Part shown: in pieces, positions 8,586 to 18,999 of the stretch
Layout of the letters: every line of letters begins with the position of its first letter
Position numbering within the stretch: the stretch's first letter is position 1
Source: a virus
Direction: 5' to 3' (one strand)
IMG/VR virus record: IMGVR_UViG_3300035670_013167
Span: 42,764 to 106,763 of that record
DNA: 64,000 nt
Translations under genes and position numbers: made by a program
Notes under the pieces: model-generated
Database searches by the model: none
The model's input: only the letters and a program-made list of their open reading frames with translations
What the model was told of the DNA's origin: nothing

Positions 8586-10205
8586 TTAATAAGAGTCATA
8601 ATTTGGAGATCCTATTCCCAAATATTGGTCTCTTTCTACAACGTCAATTACATCCTCTCCTAAACACCTATAAATAAGCTCTGTGCCGTCTGCGGTCTTG
8701 GTCGATAGGCAGACATCATTTTTCCATAAATACCTCAGAGATTGAATTACAGGCCTTATATAGGGGTCGTAAAGCGGTCTGCCGTCCGATTTGTGCTCTA
8801 AAAATAAAATTCCTTTTCCTTTGTGATTACAATCAGTTAGATAAATTTCGGGCAATCCGCCATTTGTGTATCTTTGAATTAATTTTTTTTTAATTTTTTT
8901 ATGATCTCTACTTTCTATTTTATATTCGCCATTCGGATATTTTTTCCATTCAAAAAATTGATACTTTTCACAAAATTCAGGAGTAAAAAACTCCATAATA
9001 AAAGTCAAATCATTATAGAACTTTCTAACTTCAAAAACCTTATCATGACCCAAATTTAATTTTTTATCCCAATTTTCTTTCTCTCTAATATCTTCGCAGT
9101 CTTCCCACTCAGTGCCAAATTGTCCTTTATTCCATCTTTCTTCAATATCCAAAAATAAACAAAAACCTAATTTATAAGGATTCATAGAATATTTTCCACC
9201 AAGAACCCCCATTTTATGATGAGAGTATTCTATAATTCCAGAACTTTCATGACTCTGGCCTAAAGCACTGAATCCTTGTTTTGCCATTATATTATAGTCA
9301 CAGAAAGAAGCCCAACCCTCATTTATAGTTTTGGTCAACCTCTGGGGGGCGAAGTACATACTCTCATCATAAAGCATAGCGACTATGTCTGCTTCCCAAG
9401 GCTTGAGGGGAGCATAATCCCTAATAAACCTCATTATGTCCTTCGTAGAATTATTAAATATATCTAAATATTCCGCAGCTTCTATTTTTTGAATTTTTTC
9501 TTGTTGCTTGTTTATCCAATCTTGTGGATTTAAATAGTCATCCATATAGTCATGGTCTTCTTTTGACTTTAATCTACTCGGATGTCTATAAATTCTTTCA
9601 TCCTTTATTATCGGATTTTTAATTTTTTTTCTTTCCCAAGATTTTGAAAAATCTATTAAAGTTTCAATTCTCAAGACATGATCTATAAATTCTGTTACTC
9701 TTTCTTTGCCCCAACGACTCATGTACTCTCTAATTCTGGTGCCGTGGTTAGCCAATTGATTCATCATGTTTTGGCTTGTTTGAGAAAAATAAATATTATT
9801 CTTAAAAAAATCAGCGTGGCCTAAAGCGTGAGCAACCACAGTAACATTATCGACCAAAGTATTAGAATCTAAACAATAAAGGTATACTGGGTTTGTGTTA
9901 ACTACCATTTCGTATATCTTATGCATTCCATAAACATATCCTCTTTGTAGCTCTTCATATTCCATTCCCCATCTCCAATGAGGAAAGCGAACAGGAAACC
10001 CTCCATATGCTGCTATCTCACTAATTTCATCATAAGTCAGCATTTCAACAACAGTTGGATAAAAATCACAACCAAAATCACTTACTTTTTTATAAATTTC
10101 AGGCAATAATTTTTTAAGTTCAGGAGGAAGAGAAACTCCTGGAATTGTGTTGTCTCCCATTAAGACAGGAGACCCATGCATAAATTTTTCAGATTTTTTA
10201 TTCAA
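8586..10205 (-). CDS. spoVR: SpoVR/YcgB family protein
   Basis: GFPVRFPHWRWG, KIYEMVVN, VVAHALGHADFFKNN, TKTINEGWASF, NPYKLG. Confidence 0.93.
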   Translation of the reverse strand: MNKKSEKFMHGSPVLMGDNTIPGVSLPPELKKLLPEIYKKVSDFGCDFYPTVVEMLTYDEISEIAAYGGFPVRFPHWRWGMEYEELQRGYVYGMHKIYEMVVNTNPVYLYCLDSNTLVDNVTVVAHALGHADFFKNNIYFSQTSQNMMNQLANHGTRIREYMSRWGKERVTEFIDHVLRIETLIDFSKSWERKKIKNPIIKDERIYRHPSRLKSKEDHDYMDDYLNPQDWINKQQEKIQKIEAAEYLDIFNNSTKDIMRFIRDYAPLKPWEADIVAMLYDESMYFAPQRLTKTINEGWASFCDYNIMAKQGFSALGQSHESSGIIEYSHHKMGVLGGKYSMNPYKLGFCLFLDIEERWNKGQFGTEWEDCEDIREKENWDKKLNLGHDKVFEVRKFYNDLTFIMEFFTPEFCEKYQFFEWKKYPNGEYKIESRDHKKIKKKLIQRYTNGGLPEIYLTDCNHKGKGILFLEHKSDGRPLYDPYIRPVIQSLRYLWKNDVCLSTKTADGTELIYRCLGEDVIDVVERDQYLGIGSPNYDSY

Positions 10206-11383
10206 GATTTTACCTTTCCTAAAAGATCAACTATTGATTTCTTAATTTGAGAATCTCTATCGTCCTCTGACAATTGCATGTTTGGCAAACTATGTGCTGG
10301 ATGTGCTATTTGAGTTGTAACCAAATTTGAAAAATTACTTTGATCTATAGCTTGCTTTAAGCTTCCATCGTAGTTCCAAGCTAATACTTGTGTTATTCCC
10401 ACCATGTTGACAATTTTAGAATTAAAATCATCTTGTAAAATTTTTATAAATTGCTGATTGTCCCCGTCCCAATTTTCACCATCTGTAAAATAAAATAAAT
10501 AAATATTCCACTTTAAGGGATTGTATCTGTTTTCAAACATTTTTTGAATTAATTTTAGTGCTGACGAACAAGTTGTGCCTCCGCCATATCTGTACTTGTA
10601 GAATCTGCTTTCATCGACTTCTTTGGCAACGGTATCATGCCAAACATACACTCGCTCTACTTTTTCATAAAATCTTCTAATCCATACATCAATCCACCAA
10701 CTCATATCACTAACAATATCGCATTTATATTGATCCATTGAGGCAGATCCATCTCTAGCAAAAAATATAACTGCATTGCTTGAAGGTATTTTTATCTCAT
10801 TGAATTGACGGTATCTCTTATCGCTATTAATAGGAGTTATAAGTTTTACTGGATGAGCAAATCCTGGTATGTCGTGGAGATTATTTATGGAACCATCAGA
10901 ACATTGTCTTTTTAAGGCTTGCCTAAGAGTTCTTGCATTGTGCCTTAAGGACTCAGGGCCAGTCAGCGATATATTATTATATTTCTTAATAATTTCTTCA
11001 TAAGTGTCACTAGGCTTTGGCTTCATGTCGGGAAGTTGCAATTCTTCTTGAAGAAATTTCAAAACCTCTTCAAGATCAACAGCAATCTCTATGCCTTCGC
11101 CTTCTTCTTGTCCGGCTTTATTGCCTTTTCCGTCTCCTTGATCTTTATCTTTTCCTATGACCTTACCATTTTCTCCTTCTCCTCTTCCTATTCCTCCGCT
11201 TCCATTATCACCAAAAACAATATGCGGAATATCTATTTTTGGAATAGTTAATATAACTTTACCATCTTTACCGCGATTCCTAAAAATACTTCCATTTTTA
11301 ATGTATTTTTTTAATTCTTTTCTTTTTCTGCCGGCATATACGTCATGGAACTCTTTATGGTCTTCATGTATTCGGCGGGGCAT
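10202..11383 (-). CDS. yeaH: YeaH/YhbH (DUF444) vWA-like protein
   Basis: Gly-rich GIGRGEG..AGQEEG, DKRYR, SNAVIFFARDGSASM, GGTTCSSA, WNIYLFYFTDGENW. Confidence 0.92.
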   Translation of the reverse strand: MPRRIHEDHKEFHDVYAGRKRKELKKYIKNGSIFRNRGKDGKVILTIPKIDIPHIVFGDNGSGGIGRGEGENGKVIGKDKDQGDGKGNKAGQEEGEGIEIAVDLEEVLKFLQEELQLPDMKPKPSDTYEEIIKKYNNISLTGPESLRHNARTLRQALKRQCSDGSINNLHDIPGFAHPVKLITPINSDKRYRQFNEIKIPSSNAVIFFARDGSASMDQYKCDIVSDMSWWIDVWIRRFYEKVERVYVWHDTVAKEVDESRFYKYRYGGGTTCSSALKLIQKMFENRYNPLKWNIYLFYFTDGENWDGDNQQFIKILQDDFNSKIVNMVGITQVLAWNYDGSLKQAIDQSNFSNLVTTQIAHPAHSLPNMQLSEDDRDSQIKKSIVDLLGKVKS

Positions 11384-11397
11384 TTTTCATCCTTTGA

Positions 11398-14300
11398 TTA
11401 GTCGTTATCAGCAACATCGCCGCGAGCGAAAATTGAACCCACGTAGTCCAAAACATCAGTAGCAGATTGTTCGTTATATCCGTATTGAGATATAAGTCTT
11501 TGCTTTACTGCGTCTATCTTTTCTTGAACATCCTTATCAACAACAGCAGCTCCCTTAATATTTAGAGCCGAAAGCTTGATGTGATCCTTTGTGTCTTCAA
11601 AAAGCTTAGCTTCTAAAGCTTTCTTGAGTTGAGGATTGCTATCCCATCTAAATTGCTTTCCACTATGGGCCAAGTGCCCAATAAATCCTGCTAAAGATCT
11701 TCTAAAATCATCTGCTCCGACTTCGGGAATATCTATCTTCTCTTCTATAGATCTCATTAATCTTTCGTCTGGCTCTTGGTCTTGTTCTGTGAATGGATTT
11801 TTAATCTTAGTGCCATCAATATAAGCCATCACATTATCAATATAATTGCCACATAGCCTTTCGATAGCAGTTTCATCTCCTACAAGAGCCTTTTGAACTT
11901 CTGTTTTCAATATTTGATCCAGTTCTTTTCTAGCCAAGTCTACACACGTAATATATTTAGACTTTTCTTCTTCACTAGTAAATAAAGATTGATGATCTAT
12001 TCCATTTTTCAATTCATTTAGAACCATAAAGAAATTTATATAATCATAATGAGAACTAAGACAATTAGAAATTTTGTCTTGAGTATATCTACAACTTACT
12101 CCCACAAACATGCCTTCATCGGGATATTTATCCTTGAGTTCTTTTATAGAGTCTTCAGTCCAACCAGGAAGAGATCTTCCATCATATAATTTAGCTTTCT
12201 CAACTAGAGTTATTTTGCCATCTTTATCATCTTGAAGTCTGGTTAAGACTGTCCAGAGAGCAGCAATTTCCAAGGTATGGGGAGCAATGTGCTGCTTTAC
12301 TCTTCCTCTACCGTAGTAGTACTCTAGTATCTTAAGTTCTTCGCTCCATCTTAATAAGTACGGAACATCAATCTTCACAGTACGATCTCTCAAAGCTTCC
12401 ATAGTCTGATCGCTTTTTAACTTTTCATACTCTGGATTATTGGTGTGAGAAATTAAAACAGTGTCTATGCTAATTTGTGGAAATTTTTTAGGCTTGATTT
12501 GACGTTCCTGAGATGCTCCAAGCAAATCATATAAAAATTCTTTAGCCAACTTTAGAACTTCGATAAATTCAACAACGCCTCTATTTCCAACACAGTTGTG
12601 AACAACTATATCATTTGCCAAAAACGAATGATCTTCTTCTACCTCAAAATCAAAAACCTGTAGGTCAGAAACATTGTTGAAAGAAATAGATTTAATTTTT
12701 CTTGCATATCCAAAAACAGTTCTGTTGACATCTGTCTCGTATAATTCAATTCCATTTTGCCTAACTTCTTCGGCAAAGTCTTCAAAAATGTCTAAGGACT
12801 TTTTGCCTGACGCTCCTACAACATATGCTTTTTTATGGTTTTCAAAAGCAGGCCTGGCATAGGACGATGATCCCATGCCGCTGGACAGCATAAGAACAGA
12901 AATATCTCTGGCTAATTTTTCTGATATTGTTACGCCCGTTATTGACATTGCGGGCTTACCTTTAATTTTTTTAATTTTTCTGTGGCCGTCTCCATCAAGC
13001 CACCCAGATATCAATCCCATCTTAACTGACTCGTTTGAGGTCATAAATACAGGAGGTATTCTTTTTGTTCCGGCCAAACCCGCACAAAACTTAGAGAAAA
13101 ATTTGGCTAAATTAACATTGTTGACCTCGACTATTCTTCCTGTTTTATTTTTATTAACTAACCTATGAGTGGCATTTACTCCGAAAATACTATTGACCAA
13201 TAGTATTATTTCATTAGCTAAATTTTCTTCTTTAGCGCTCAGATTAAAAATAACCTTTTTACTAGTGCAATTTCCTTCTGCTAAATATAGGCCAAATAAC
13301 CTGGCAAAGGAGTGTGTTACGTGCAAATATCTATTGACTACATTTTTCTTTTCTCCAGTTGGGATTCTAACTTTTTCCACGCCATTTTCAAATGTAGAAA
13401 CAAAATTATCCAAATAAATAGATAAATCAACAACTTGATCAATACAATTTCTATTCCAGCCTATTAACACCCTGTCGTTTTCGTTCAAATCAGAAGCTTT
13501 TTTCCAAACTAAATTGCCGGGCTTCCATCTCCAATTTTGACTACTTTCCATAACCGCAACAGGATGATCTGCGGTCATTGTAATTGGAAAAGGAAAATGA
13601 GAAACATTCAAAGTAACCATTTCCCCAGTATACTTTCTATTCATCGTATCGATAACAGACCTTACATTGCCAAGATGAGTAACAACTTCATCTCCAATTT
13701 TTACATCTTCTATGTTTTTTTCAGACCCATCTCCCATGCGAACCAAAGTTCCAGCAGGAAAACAAAACTCGCCGTCAAAGTTAAATGCTCTTGAATCAGA
13801 ATCGGTGCCAAAGTGGGTCAACTTGCCCCAATTAACATCTCCAGTTAATTCTGTGCTGTCTTGATTTTTTTCATCCTTTGGCTGGAAGGTGGCTATTCCC
13901 ATTCTATCTGATTCCGAATGGTTTTTTCTTATTACTCTTATGTGATTCTCTATAACTTTTTCCCAATCGCCTTCGTACTTAACCAATAGTTCTTTCATGA
14001 ACTTTTTAGATCTCGGATCAAGGTCTCCCTCAACATTTAATTTATACAAATTTATTTTTTCTTTTTCATCCGTTTGATCTGCCAATATTTCATTAAGTTC
14101 TTTTAGAACTTCTTTTCTAATTTCAGAAGGTATTAGCTTTAGTGGATCTTCGTGCATTGGAGATTCGTCTTCTGGCTGCGTGTATAGGCCATCGTCTTTG
14201 CCAGTTGGCAAATTAACCCATTTAAATGTGTACCAAGCTCCATCATCAGTTAGAGAATACTTTTCCAAGCCTCTCTTGATACACCTTAATATTGTTGATT

Positions 14301-14649
14301 TAGAAGATCCAACAGGACCGTGCAAAAGAAGCACTCGACGTTCAGGACCATATCCTCCTGCTGCTCCTTTGAAGAATTGAACGAGTTGATGCAACGTTTC
14401 TTCTAGACCAAAGATGGGAACTTCAGGATCATCAAAAAAACTATAGTGAACGTATGTTTTTCTATACTTCTCTACTTTTTTCGTACCTTTTGACATGATC
14501 ATGTCATAAAGATATTGATAAGCAGTTCTTGCTAATTTAGGATTTTTATAAACTAATGACAAATAATCAGAAAAACTCATTTCCTCGTTTAGTTTTTGAA
14601 AATTATCTTTATTAAATTTATTAGCAATTTTTGATAAGACGTTTTCCAT
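11398..14649 (-). CDS. prkA: PrkA/YeaG family AAA+ ATPase (Ser/Thr kinase annotation) with intein
   Basis: LLHGPVGSSKST, FQPKDEKNQDSTELTG, FNFDGEF, EFIEVLKL, EALRDR, HIAPHTLE. Confidence 0.93.
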   Translation of the reverse strand: MENVLSKIANKFNKDNFQKLNEEMSFSDYLSLVYKNPKLARTAYQYLYDMIMSKGTKKVEKYRKTYVHYSFFDDPEVPIFGLEETLHQLVQFFKGAAGGYGPERRVLLLHGPVGSSKSTILRCIKRGLEKYSLTDDGAWYTFKWVNLPTGKDDGLYTQPEDESPMHEDPLKLIPSEIRKEVLKELNEILADQTDEKEKINLYKLNVEGDLDPRSKKFMKELLVKYEGDWEKVIENHIRVIRKNHSESDRMGIATFQPKDEKNQDSTELTGDVNWGKLTHFGTDSDSRAFNFDGEFCFPAGTLVRMGDGSEKNIEDVKIGDEVVTHLGNVRSVIDTMNRKYTGEMVTLNVSHFPFPITMTADHPVAVMESSQNWRWKPGNLVWKKASDLNENDRVLIGWNRNCIDQVVDLSIYLDNFVSTFENGVEKVRIPTGEKKNVVNRYLHVTHSFARLFGLYLAEGNCTSKKVIFNLSAKEENLANEIILLVNSIFGVNATHRLVNKNKTGRIVEVNNVNLAKFFSKFCAGLAGTKRIPPVFMTSNESVKMGLISGWLDGDGHRKIKKIKGKPAMSITGVTISEKLARDISVLMLSSGMGSSSYARPAFENHKKAYVVGASGKKSLDIFEDFAEEVRQNGIELYETDVNRTVFGYARKIKSISFNNVSDLQVFDFEVEEDHSFLANDIVVHNCVGNRGVVEFIEVLKLAKEFLYDLLGASQERQIKPKKFPQISIDTVLISHTNNPEYEKLKSDQTMEALRDRTVKIDVPYLLRWSEELKILEYYYGRGRVKQHIAPHTLEIAALWTVLTRLQDDKDGKITLVEKAKLYDGRSLPGWTEDSIKELKDKYPDEGMFVGVSCRYTQDKISNCLSSHYDYINFFMVLNELKNGIDHQSLFTSEEEKSKYITCVDLARKELDQILKTEVQKALVGDETAIERLCGNYIDNVMAYIDGTKIKNPFTEQDQEPDERLMRSIEEKIDIPEVGADDFRRSLAGFIGHLAHSGKQFRWDSNPQLKKALEAKLFEDTKDHIKLSALNIKGAAVVDKDVQEKIDAVKQRLISQYGYNEQSATDVLDYVGSIFARGDVADND
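12595..13764 (-). mobile_element. Intein with LAGLIDADG endonuclease in PrkA (390 aa)
   Basis: DGEF|CFPAGT...IVVHN|CVGNRG; block B TADHPV; LFGLYLAEG and ISGWLDGDG. Confidence 0.92.
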
Positions 14650-14686
14650 AAAAGCTTCCTTTTAATATTTAAATTAACCTGTGTTT

Positions 14687-14715
14687 ATTATAATAGAAAA
14701 TCAAAACCATAGCAA
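14687..14715 (-). promoter_or_regulatory. Sigma70-like promoter for the prkA operon
   Basis: TTGCTA-N17-TATAAT on the minus strand. Confidence 0.55.
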
Positions 14716-14717
14716 TA

Positions 14718-15068
14718 TCATTTTACTTCGCCAAAATACTTTCCGCTAGAAATATCATCAATTTGCCTATAGGGAGTTTTGCCCATATGAGATTTTTTTT
14801 CAGCGTTTTTTCTTTGATCTCTAACTCCACCAGGCCTATCCATATTCCATTTATGTCTATAATCATGACCTTTAGAGTCACTATGCCAACGATCTGTCCC
14901 AACTGGATTCGTAAATTTGACAGAAGGGCATCCTATTAATTCACATATTTTTTTTGACTTGCATTTTGGACACTTGCTCTTTTTTACAACAATTTCTTTT
15001 TCGGACATCGAAGCCCAAATGTCGAAATTTTCTTTGCATTTTTCGCATTCAAATTCATATCTTGGAAT
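14718..15068 (-). CDS. FmdB-family zinc-ribbon protein, probable ATT start
   Basis: In-frame (I)PRYEFECEKC...CPKCKS matches the MPxYEYxCxxC pattern; GAGGTG RBS before ATT. Confidence 0.7.
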   Translation of the reverse strand: MPRYEFECEKCKENFDIWASMSEKEIVVKKSKCPKCKSKKICELIGCPSVKFTNPVGTDRWHSDSKGHDYRHKWNMDRPGGVRDQRKNAEKKSHMGKTPYRQIDDISSGKYFGEVK

Positions 15069-15100
15069 AACGCACCTCTTTCTTTTGTATTTATAATAGT

Positions 15101-15400
15101 TTATTCTTCGTCTATTCCATCAACTAATTTTTCAAGAAAAGAATAAGTTTTTTTAATTAATTTTATTTTTTTTTCTATGCTATAAAACTTCCAAAAAAAA
15201 GAATTTTCACAAATTTTAATTGCAGAACCAATTAGGTTTTCATTTTCAAGCGGAAACTGTGCCATAGAAAAAAAATCAGGCCCTTGAATGAACTTTTCTT
15301 CATCTTCGTAATCTTCGTTCTCTTCGTCTTCTCCAAAATTAAATCTTTTCAAAAGGACCCTCCTACTAGTTGTTTGTATAAAGGACAAGCTTGCTCCCAT
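15101..15400 (-). CDS. Hypothetical protein
   Basis: ORF in a co-oriented run; start uncertain. Confidence 0.5.
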   Translation of the reverse strand: MGASLSFIQTTSRRVLLKRFNFGEDEENEDYEDEEKFIQGPDFFSMAQFPLENENLIGSAIKICENSFFWKFYSIEKKIKLIKKTYSFLEKLVDGIDEE

Positions 15401-15837
15401 ATATTTAATACAGCATATTCATTAATTGTTAAATCATATGTAGAAAATCTTTTTAAGGCGTTTTCAAAAGGCGGCTTCTTAATGTTTGCCCATTTATATA
15501 GTTCAAAAGAGCCACATCCGTATCTATAATCCACAAAAACAGAAGAAATATTTGTTTTTGAGGAAACGACATCTAATAAATTTCCATTAAATTCACGAAC
15601 AGCCACTACTGATGGCTTTATTTTTTTTATAAAATTGTTCTTAACTTTAGTTTTCTTTCTAAGAAATCTTACTCGTGCTTTATTCGCCCAATCAAACAAA
15701 AAAGAATTGCCAACAGATATAAAAATATCTGCATTGGGGAGTTGTTTTTGCAAAGAGTACCAAGAAGCAAAACACATCCAAGAATCACAAAAATTAGAAT
15801 CGCATTCTATAATTATAGACAGATCTTTGTCTTCCAT
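15349..15837 (-). CDS. Hypothetical protein
   Basis: ORF in a co-oriented run. Confidence 0.55.
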   Translation of the reverse strand: MEDKDLSIIIECDSNFCDSWMCFASWYSLQKQLPNADIFISVGNSFLFDWANKARVRFLRKKTKVKNNFIKKIKPSVVAVREFNGNLLDVVSSKTNISSVFVDYRYGCGSFELYKWANIKKPPFENALKRFSTYDLTINEYAVLNIWEQACPLYKQLVGGSF

Positions 15838-15849
15838 AACATAAAATAG

Positions 15850-15981
15850 TCAAACTGTTCTTTTAATTAATTTGATTTGAGGTTTTGCTGGCTTAAACAT
15901 TCCTCTGGGGTGAATAATATTAGGTTTTGCACCAGATCCTTTTCCACCTTCTCTTATTAATAACCATTCACTAAATTTCAT
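15850..15981 (-). CDS. CTS-like-tagged microprotein (43 aa, not in ORF track)
   Basis: MKFSEWLLIREGGKGSGAKPNIIHPRGMFKPAKPQIKLIKRTV; ATGA overlap with upstream gene. Confidence 0.7.
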   Translation of the reverse strand: MKFSEWLLIREGGKGSGAKPNIIHPRGMFKPAKPQIKLIKRTV

Positions 15982-16268
15982 ATTTTTTTATTATTCATTA
16001 ATTTTTCTTTATTTTTTTGATCTACTTTATCTGCCACGTCTTTTATTTTTAGTATGTCGTCCGGCGAAGAATTTGGATCCATAACGGCTTGCTGAGCTAC
16101 GTTTTGAAGAGCTTTAGCAGGATCTTGTTTTTGCTTCATAGCTCCAACCAAAGCATTTTTAACATTCATTTGAATTTTTTTCTCATCATCCTTCTTTTTT
16201 ACATTATTCAAATTATTAGAAGGTTGAATTTCTTCTTTTATTTTAAGCCATTCTGTAAATTTAATCAT
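15978..16268 (-). CDS. CTS-like-tagged hypothetical protein
   Basis: Likely start MIKFTEWLKIKEE. Confidence 0.65.
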   Translation of the reverse strand: MIKFTEWLKIKEEIQPSNNLNNVKKKDDEKKIQMNVKNALVGAMKQKQDPAKALQNVAQQAVMDPNSSPDDILKIKDVADKVDQKNKEKLMNNKKI

Positions 16269-16275
16269 ATAATAT

Positions 16276-17598
16276 TTATGCTTTATCTTCATTTTTTATT
16301 TTAGATATAATTGAAGAAGTAGAATAACCAGGCTCATTTGGAATAATTACTACTTCTGCCAAATCTTTTCCAACCACATCGTTCACAGAGTAATCAGAAC
16401 CCTTTACAATAATATCCGGTTTTATTTTATTAATTAATTCATAAGGAGTATCTTCTTCAAAGATAATCACTTCGTCAACAAACCTTAAAGATTCAAGCAT
16501 TTTTTTTCTTATATCTTGATTATTTACAGGCCTGTCTTTACCCTTTAATTTTCTTGTAGATTCATCTGAATTTATGCCAACTATTAATTTATTGCCTAAT
16601 TCTTTAGATTTACTCAAACTTTCCAAATGCCCAGAATGCAATAAATCAAACACGCCTGACGTGAAAATAACCTTGTTAAACAAATTATTTGGTTCTATTG
16701 GTTTATTAAATTTATTCTTAACATAAATTGAAGCTCCATCAAAAGCAATTTCTATTGATTTGTTTATAGAAAAGTCACTAAGTAATCCAGAGCACAATAA
16801 AGAAATAAAACAATCACCGGCTCCTATAACAGAAACAGCCTTTGTAGAGCTTTTTGGAAAAAATTCAAAATAATTATTTTCTACACAACCAACAACTCCT
16901 TTTCCTTCTATAGTTATCACTATAATTTCACAATCAGTATCTTTCTTTATAACTTCTATCTGGTCTTTCCAGTGTTCTTTACCAGTTAGTTCAAAAGCTT
17001 CTTTGTAATTAGGCTTTATTAAATCACACCCTCGCCATTTAGAAATTGGACCCTTTTTTGGATCCACTATCTTGAATGCATTTTGCAGAGAATCAAACAT
17101 TTTTTTTATTTCAAAATCATTAAAAATTCCCTTATTGTAATCCGAAAAAATTACAGCGTCGAATTTGTAAACTTCTAAATTCTTAGAAATCTTATTTTGA
17201 AAAAAATTCAATTGACTTTTTGTCAAATTATAATTTTTAGATTCGACATCAATTCTACACAAAGGAAAATCATTTTGATAAAATCTTTTTTTTCTAGGAA
17301 CTTTAGAAAAATAAGGAAGCAAAACACTAAATTCTGTGTTTATGAAACTAAATTCAGACAACAAATCATAAATTTCTAAATCTAAAAATCCAAAATAAAA
17401 TATTTCTTTGTTAAAATTTAAAAATTGATAACAAACATTTGTAGCGCCACCTAATAATCTTTTATCAGGAAAGTAATTTTCGCAATTTAGAATTGGTATA
17501 GGAAATTCAGGACTAATTTTTTCTGCATTTACAAAATGATAATCATCTATTATTGCATCGCCAACAACTGCTATTTTCTTATTTTGTAAATTAAACAT
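16276..17598 (-). CDS. hldE: Bifunctional ADP-heptose synthase (PfkB kinase plus adenylyltransferase), HldE/RfaE-like
   Basis: VVGDAIID, ISPEFPIP, SDYNKG, VDPK, IKPN, GAGD, then GVFDLLHSGH, GINSDES, KGSDY. Confidence 0.9.
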   Translation of the reverse strand: MFNLQNKKIAVVGDAIIDDYHFVNAEKISPEFPIPILNCENYFPDKRLLGGATNVCYQFLNFNKEIFYFGFLDLEIYDLLSEFSFINTEFSVLLPYFSKVPRKKRFYQNDFPLCRIDVESKNYNLTKSQLNFFQNKISKNLEVYKFDAVIFSDYNKGIFNDFEIKKMFDSLQNAFKIVDPKKGPISKWRGCDLIKPNYKEAFELTGKEHWKDQIEVIKKDTDCEIIVITIEGKGVVGCVENNYFEFFPKSSTKAVSVIGAGDCFISLLCSGLLSDFSINKSIEIAFDGASIYVKNKFNKPIEPNNLFNKVIFTSGVFDLLHSGHLESLSKSKELGNKLIVGINSDESTRKLKGKDRPVNNQDIRKKMLESLRFVDEVIIFEEDTPYELINKIKPDIIVKGSDYSVNDVVGKDLAEVVIIPNEPGYSTSSIISKIKNEDKA

Positions 17599-18124
17599 GA
17601 ATATATTTTATAATTCTAAATTTAGACGAATCAATCAATACAGAATCAACTTTCCAATCAGACCAATTTGCATTTGGAAACTTAACATCGCCCTCGTATT
17701 CTCCTTGGACATGAGTGACAATCATTGTTTTTACAAATTTAGAATCTAAGCTTTCTTTAAATAATCTATATCCGCCTATTATAAATATTTGTTTATCGGC
17801 AAATAAATTTAAACAAATATTCATTGCTCCATCAAAATCAGGAACCACAAAAAAATCCAAAGAATTAGAATGACCATCTACTAAAGTCTTCATAAAAAGA
17901 TCAGGATCGGCCCAATACTTTGAAGAAATTATTATATTTTTTCTATTTGGAAGAGGCCTAAATTTATTTGGCAAACTTTCCCAAGTATTTCTGCCCATAA
18001 CACAGATGTTATTGGTAGTTAGTTTCTTAAAATTAGCCAAATCATCTGGTATGTGCCAAGGTATAGAATTTTTATATCCTATATTATAATTTTTATCGAA
18101 TGCTACAATTATGTTTGCTATCAT
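17591..18124 (-). CDS. folA: Dihydrofolate reductase
   Basis: IG..NSIPWHIPDD, MGRNTWES, RPLPNR, IIGG, GDVKFP. Confidence 0.95.
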   Translation of the reverse strand: MIANIIVAFDKNYNIGYKNSIPWHIPDDLANFKKLTTNNICVMGRNTWESLPNKFRPLPNRKNIIISSKYWADPDLFMKTLVDGHSNSLDFFVVPDFDGAMNICLNLFADKQIFIIGGYRLFKESLDSKFVKTMIVTHVQGEYEGDVKFPNANWSDWKVDSVLIDSSKFRIIKYIHV

Positions 18125-18993
18125 ACAGCTACGGGTATATTTATTTTTTCTAATGGATTGTATTCTGATAAAATAAAATCATCAATATTATAAGAAAAAA
18201 TATCTTTTGATTTTTTTATCAATAGTTTGGGAGAATCGGGTGGATTTTCTCTAGAGAGGTACTCTTCAACAGACTTGATTTGATTTTCATAAATATGGCA
18301 ATCCCCCATAAAATGAATAAATTCAAAAGGAGTGCAATTAGTTTGTTGAGCGAGCATAATGATTAAAGAACTATAAAACTGTATATTGGCCGGACATCCT
18401 ATAGGAGCGTCTACAGATCTCTGGTAAAGAATTCCAGAAAGATTCCTATTGTCATCAACAAGAACTTGAAAAAGCATATGACAAGGAGGCAAACGCATTT
18501 TCTCTAAATCTTTTGGATTCCATAAAGTCCAAAGAGTTCTCCGGCAAGAATGATCTTGTTTTATTCTTTCTACTACGAATCTTAACTGATCAAAACCGCC
18601 GTGGCCATAATAAGGACTTTGATGAATTCCCTTGTTATAATTTCCGCCAAAATGTCTCAGTTGAAAACCATAAACGGGACCGAAAACCTCTTCTTCAAAA
18701 CCATGATTTTTTTCAAATTCTTTATCAACCCAAGGAGTCCAAAAATTACAGCCTATTTTTTTCAAGTCTTTATTAGAAGTTGATCCAGACAAAAACCAAA
18801 TCAATTCTGCGAAGACTGACTTGGGCCAAACTTTTCTTTTAGTTATTATTGGAAAATAACCTGTATTCAGCTTATATCTAGCTGACATTCCAAATACAGA
18901 TAATGTTTTTATATTCGTTCTCTTGTTTGTCCTAGAAACTCCATGATCCAATATTTCTTGAAGACAATTATCGTAAGGATGACAAATATACAT
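18121..18993 (-). CDS. thyA: Thymidylate synthase
   Basis: ELIWFLSG, GPVYGFQLR, LPPCH, YQRSVD, GDCHIYENQ. Confidence 0.95.
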   Translation of the reverse strand: MYICHPYDNCLQEILDHGVSRTNKRTNIKTLSVFGMSARYKLNTGYFPIITKRKVWPKSVFAELIWFLSGSTSNKDLKKIGCNFWTPWVDKEFEKNHGFEEEVFGPVYGFQLRHFGGNYNKGIHQSPYYGHGGFDQLRFVVERIKQDHSCRRTLWTLWNPKDLEKMRLPPCHMLFQVLVDDNRNLSGILYQRSVDAPIGCPANIQFYSSLIIMLAQQTNCTPFEFIHFMGDCHIYENQIKSVEEYLSRENPPDSPKLLIKKSKDIFSYNIDDFILSEYNPLEKINIPVAV

Positions 18994-18999
18994 CTAAAT

